The position numbers and the translations under genes were made by a program. A DNA stretch of 64,000 bases. It comes from Mobula hypostoma (taxonomy: Eukaryota). Location: contig NC_086097.1 of NCBI RefSeq assembly GCF_963921235.1, forward strand, positions 124,870,001 through 124,934,000, written 5' to 3'. The stretch's first letter is position 1; each line of letters opens with the position of its first letter. Below, piece after piece: positions 63,615-64,000 of this stretch. The notes under the pieces were generated by a model. The model did no database searches. It saw only the letters and a program-made list of their open reading frames with translations, and was not told the DNA's origin.

Positions 63615-63897
63615 TGATGTCTGTAACTCGTCATGCCCTTGCTTTCTATGGAGCATTGCAGAGCGCCTTCCTGGCAGTTGGCTGTCAATGTCTGCTTGGT
63701 CTTCTGCTTGGTCTGCCGGAGCTAAGTCTACTGCAACCAAGGAAGACCCCAGTTGTGATGCTTGTTCTTGGCACTGGACCCAGGCTTCTGAGGTTGAGAG
63801 AGAGGAACTGCCCCAGTGCAACAGCTTTTCCACTTTAAAAACTCTCTCGAATGTATTGCAGTAGTTGTATCATAGTCTGATATGACGGACAACCACC
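63615..63897 (+). mobile_element. Short TSD-flanked retroposon (RTE-like 3' end)
   Basis: 12-bp TSD ATATTTGTTGAA (63603-63614 and 63898-63909); ends GACGGACAACCACC. Confidence 0.65.
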
Positions 63898-64000
63898 ATA
63901 TTTGTTGAACTTTTATTTAATTGCATGTTGCGCCCTGACCAACACACCACAGCAGGATCCTATTACTCGTAAATGTATATGGCGAATAAAGTGGTTCTTT

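Overview
Vertebrate genomic DNA of moderate GC content, dominated by repeats. The mix of CR1, Rex1/Babar, RTE, Tx1, Penelope, V-SINE/HE1-like, Tc1/mariner, Tigger and Harbinger elements points to a cartilaginous fish, probably a ray (inference). The one host gene is a ZNF706-like gene on the minus strand. It has a CpG-island promoter and non-coding exon 1 near 55.0-55.3 kb, a ~30-kb intron 1, two coding exons (24835-24969 and 23761-23856; 76 aa) and a 3'-UTR exon (~19830-20897). Intron 1 holds a young Gmr1-type Gypsy LTR element (38737-43560) with ~99% identical LTRs, a tRNA-Pro PBS, gag/SCAN-like and protease domains, and a decayed pol. The most interesting signals are RNA structures inside small retroelements. 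One is an HDV-like ribozyme fold with an extra helix in L3 at the 5' end of a 560-bp TSD-flanked RTE-like retroposon (2537-3096). The other is a set of Penelope-derived palindromic elements carrying minimal hammerhead motifs, best seen at 31368-31601. All alignments, folds and counts were done by eye. Repeat family names come from recalled consensus features, not database searches.
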